From an uncultured Dehalococcoidales bacterium (GTDB taxonomy: Bacteria > Chloroflexota > Dehalococcoidia > GIF9 > UBA5629): 36,519 bases of DNA. Shown here piece after piece: positions 34,205-36,519 of the stretch (positions are counted from its first letter, which is position 1; each line of letters begins with the position of its first letter). Where the stretch lies: NCBI GenBank assembly GCA_964619115.1, contig CAZUEB010000003.1, positions 2,764-39,282 on the forward strand, written 5' to 3'. Below the pieces are notes generated by a model. The model made no database searches and was not told where the DNA came from. It saw nothing but the letters and a program-made list of their open reading frames with translations. The translations under genes and the position numbers were made by a program.

Positions 34205-35167
34205 CTAGCTGGAGGGCTTCTCTCCACTCTCCAATCTATCACGCACGACGTATTCTGGTTTATTCTTCACCTCTTTATTCATCCTTCCAAGATACTCGCC
34301 CAGGATGCCTAAACAAAAGAGTTGGACACCAGAGAACACAGTAATAAGAATGACAGTGGTGGCAAAACCGGGTATGCCGAATCCATACACAAAGCGCCAC
34401 ACAAGATAGAATATTGCCAGCGCAAAGCCTACTATACCGAGTAATAGCCCGCCAAATGTGGCAATTTTAAGAGGCAGGTCGGTGAAAGAAACAACCATGT
34501 CCAGCCACAGGCTAACCAGCCTGAATATACTGTATTTTGTCTTTCCAGTATGTCTCGCATCATGTTTCACTTCAACTGTCCCGATTTTGTAGCCCATCCA
34601 GCATAGCAACCCATCGAGGAACTTGCTTTTCTCGTTTAGTAACTTAAGCTGGGCGACTGTATAGGACCTCAATACCCTGAATCCACTCAGGTTGGTAGCC
34701 CCCACAGGCAATATTCTAGCCAGTACCCACTTGGCAAACCACGAGCCTGCCCTCCTGAAGGCAGAGTGTTTACGCCGTTCGAAAACTCCAAATACCACCT
34801 CGTACCCATCGTCGAGTTTTCTGATAAGCTTCGGTATCTCCTCTGGTGGATTCTGCAGGTCCGCATCTAAGGTTATTATGATTTCGCCTCCGGCAGCACT
34901 GAACCCCGCCATGATTGCCGGGTGCTGCCCGAAGTTCCGTGTAAATCTTATAACCCTGACTCTCTTATCTTTACTATGGATATCCTTTAATACCTGAAAT
35001 GAGCGGTCGCTGCTGCCGTCGTCAACGAAGACTATTTCATAAGGCTTCCCCAAATCCTTCATCACCTTCGTGAGCCGTGTATATAGAGGTTCAAGGTTGC
35101 CTTCTTCATTGAATACAGGGATGACTACCGAGAACACTGTGTCAATCCTGGAATTCCTGGCACCCAT
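34205..35167 (-). CDS. Polyprenyl-phosphate glycosyltransferase, family 2, ArnC/GtrB-like
   Basis: Motifs: VVIPVFNEE, IVFVDDGSSDRS, RNFGQHPAIMAG, TLDADLQNPPEEIP. Two C-terminal transmembrane helices (LLLGIVGFALAIFYLVW, ATTVILITVFSGVQLFCLGILGEY) are characteristic of the lipid-phosphate-acceptor subgroup. Confidence 0.85.
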   Translation of the reverse strand: MGARNSRIDTVFSVVIPVFNEEGNLEPLYTRLTKVMKDLGKPYEIVFVDDGSSDRSFQVLKDIHSKDKRVRVIRFTRNFGQHPAIMAGFSAAGGEIIITLDADLQNPPEEIPKLIRKLDDGYEVVFGVFERRKHSAFRRAGSWFAKWVLARILPVGATNLSGFRVLRSYTVAQLKLLNEKSKFLDGLLCWMGYKIGTVEVKHDARHTGKTKYSIFRLVSLWLDMVVSFTDLPLKIATFGGLLLGIVGFALAIFYLVWRFVYGFGIPGFATTVILITVFSGVQLFCLGILGEYLGRMNKEVKNKPEYVVRDRLESGEKPSS

Positions 35168-35434
35168 CTACAATTTACCTTCCTTCAAAGAGCGGTTGCC
35201 GTTCAGCCGTTTCGTCTCAGGAGCAAGTTCACTTTCTCCATTTGACTAGCCAATATAATACAACAAGGTCTATTACACAGCAACTGCTGCAAATCGCTAC
35301 CTTGGAGTTCGCTATACCACAAGAACCAGCCTTCGCCGGCGAAGCAGTGCCGTTTGGTGAAAGGTTAATACGAAATAGGAGAAACGGTTATACAAGCCAA
35401 AACTGCCAAACCAGTGTAGTTTCACAAATTCCTG

Positions 35435-35443
35435 TGCTATAAT
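35435..35443 (+). promoter_or_regulatory. Extended -10 promoter element candidate (TGcTATAAT)
   Basis: TGCTATAAT at 35435-35443, about 90 nt upstream of the epimerase-like gene. No good -35 element. Pattern match only. Confidence 0.3.
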
Positions 35444-35530
35444 ATTTGCTCCAGGCGAATTTTGAAGAAGCATGGCAACAGGACACAGAGACTGGAAAAA
35501 CTCGGCACTAACAAGCTGGAAAGAGGTGAA

Positions 35531-36519
35531 ATGACGATGGCAATCAACTGGGCTGACAGGAGAGTTCTGGTGGCGGGTGGGGCTGGGCTGATAGGGTCGC
35601 ATATAGCGCGCACTCTGATGAACAAGGGAGCCAGGGTCACCATAGCAGATGACCTGTCCAGCGGCTCAACTAAGAATATCGAGGACATCAAAGGCGGGGT
35701 GGAATTTGTGTCAGTTGACCTGAGAAAGGAAGACAACTGCAAGAAGCTGACCAGAGATAAGGACTATATCTTCCAGCTTGCAGCCAATATGGGAGGCATC
35801 GGTTACATAACCGCCGTCGGCGCTGATATTATGCGGGACAACATATTGATAAATGCCAACATGCTGCAGGCTGCTCTGGAGAATAAAGTCCAGGGGTATT
35901 TCTACAGCTCATCAGCCTGTGTCTATCCCGAGTACCGCCAGAAAGACACGGCTGTGACCCCCTTGAAAGAGGAAGATGCCATACCCGCTGAACCTGACCA
36001 GTTCTACGGCTGGGAGAAGCTCGTCACGGAAAAAATGTGCGAGGCTTACCAGAAAGACTACGGCATGAATATAAGAGTGACTAGATTCCACAACGTTTAC
36101 GGCGAGGTGTACACAGCCTTCGATAAGGACAAGGGCAAAGCACCATGCCACATTATATTGAAAGCTCTCAGGTATCCAGAGCAGGAATTCGTCATCTGGG
36201 GCGATGGCAAGCAAACCAGAAGTTTCCTGTACATTGACGATTGCGTCGAGGGAGTGCTCAAGCTGATGGAGAGCAATTACCTGAAGCCGGTGAATATAGG
36301 CTCGGACAGGCTGGTCACCATAGATGAACTGGCACAGATTGCCATCAAAATCTCAAGCAAAAACATAGCTATAAAGCATGACCTGTCCAAGCCACAGGGC
36401 GTCAGAGGCAGAAATGCCGATATAACCCTGGTCAGGAAAGAAGTGGGCTGGGAGCCCAAAATCAGCCTCGAAGAGGGCATGAGAAGGACATACGAGTGGG
36501 CAAAGGTGAGAATGAACGA
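35531..36519 (+). CDS. GDP-mannose 3,5-epimerase-like extended SDR (3' end beyond window)
   Basis: Absent from the ORF track because no stop falls inside the window. ATG 35531 follows AAGAGGTG. Translation: MTMAINWADRRVLVAGGAGLIGSHIA...FQLAANMGGIGYI...FYSSSACVYPEYRQ...EPDQFYGWEKLVTE...RFHNVYG...KAPCHII...IWGDGKQTRSFLYIDDCVEG...VNIGSD...GVRGRNADITL. These blocks parallel those I recall from GDP-mannose 3,5-epimerases. Confidence 0.75.
   Translation, partial: MTMAINWADRRVLVAGGAGLIGSHIARTLMNKGARVTIADDLSSGSTKNIEDIKGGVEFVSVDLRKEDNCKKLTRDKDYIFQLAANMGGIGYITAVGADIMRDNILINANMLQAALENKVQGYFYSSSACVYPEYRQKDTAVTPLKEEDAIPAEPDQFYGWEKLVTEKMCEAYQKDYGMNIRVTRFHNVYGEVYTAFDKDKGKAPCHIILKALRYPEQEFVIWGDGKQTRSFLYIDDCVEGVLKLMESNYLKPVNIGSDRLVTIDELAQIAIKISSKNIAIKHDLSKPQGVRGRNADITLVRKEVGWEPKISLEEGMRRTYEWAKVRMN

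Noticed and set aside
35242-35534. 66-aa TTG ORF (35242-35442) and a 20-codon upstream ORF (35472-35534, MATGHRDWKNSALTSWKEVK) overlapping the epimerase start as ATGA
   Set aside because: Neither has a convincing RBS or a recognisable family. The ATGA overlap of the upstream ORF is suggestive of coupling but is unsupported without conservation or Ribo-seq data.
818-36480. Numerous 60-180-aa ORFs antisense to, or out of frame within, the long CDSs (for example 1901-2437, 2175-2480, 3213-3632, 5281-5775, 9883-10239, 12891-13256, 18089-18550, 22879-23304, 30869-31222, 31808-32140, 32169-32528, 33481-33801, 34692-34997, 35437-35742, 35912-36214)
   Set aside because: Each is fully embedded in a strongly supported gene on the other strand or frame. 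Each has a compositionally odd translation (Ser/Leu/Arg/Pro-rich) and no family resemblance. These are shadow ORFs.
1-36519. Mobile element, genomic-island or defence-system interpretation of the glycan locus
   Set aside because: No integrase, transposase, tRNA boundary, terminal inverted repeats of IS type, toxin-antitoxin, restriction-modification or other recognisable defence genes are visible. The only hints of horizontal transfer are the by-eye composition shift in one GT-C paralogue and the repeat-flanked cassettes, which are reported separately.

Overview
The window has three parts. Taxonomy cannot be established from the sequence alone. The gene content (acetogen-type MetF/MetV, FolD, Fhs, ADP-forming acetyl-CoA synthetase) suggests an anaerobe, possibly Chloroflexota/Dehalococcoidia-like, but this is a low-confidence guess.

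(1) 1-626: the 5' end of a minus-strand BtuF-like binding-protein gene, preceded by a recognisable cobalamin riboswitch with a terminator/antiterminator platform.

(2) 627-15910, plus strand: a PAS-GAF-HisKA_3 kinase and NarL-type regulator. These are followed by a translationally coupled module of a GltD-like/ferredoxin/MvhD fusion protein, MetV and MetF. Then come an output-less REC-REC protein, a small Cys/basic ORF, folD, fhs, an AcdA-like CoA ligase, DUF2905, queA and glmS.

(3) 15911-36519: a roughly 20 kb surface-glycan locus built from two convergent operons.
- The plus-strand operon encodes GT2, several extended SDRs, WecB, GT4, a Gfo/Idh/MocA oxidoreductase, a methyltransferase and an AsnB-like amidotransferase.
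- The minus-strand operon looks like an Arn/Gtr-type lipid-carrier glycosylation system. It contains an ArnC/GtrB-like GT2, a WecD-like acetyltransferase, RfbB, a methyltransferase, a DegT aminotransferase, an ArnE/F-like small membrane protein and two tandem GT-C-like membrane proteins.
- A GDP-mannose-3,5-epimerase-like gene runs off the 3' end.

The least explained signals are repeats:
- Same-orientation heptanucleotide arrays (NTAGAAC)n fill four consecutive intergenic gaps at 20.5-24.0 kb. They supply stop codons, close all three reading frames and abut start codons.
- Inverted decanucleotide arrays bracket a four-helix-bundle ('23S rRNA intervening-sequence protein') gene.

I saw no transposase, integrase, tRNA, rRNA, CRISPR array or recognisable defence genes. 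Novelty cannot be asserted without database searches.
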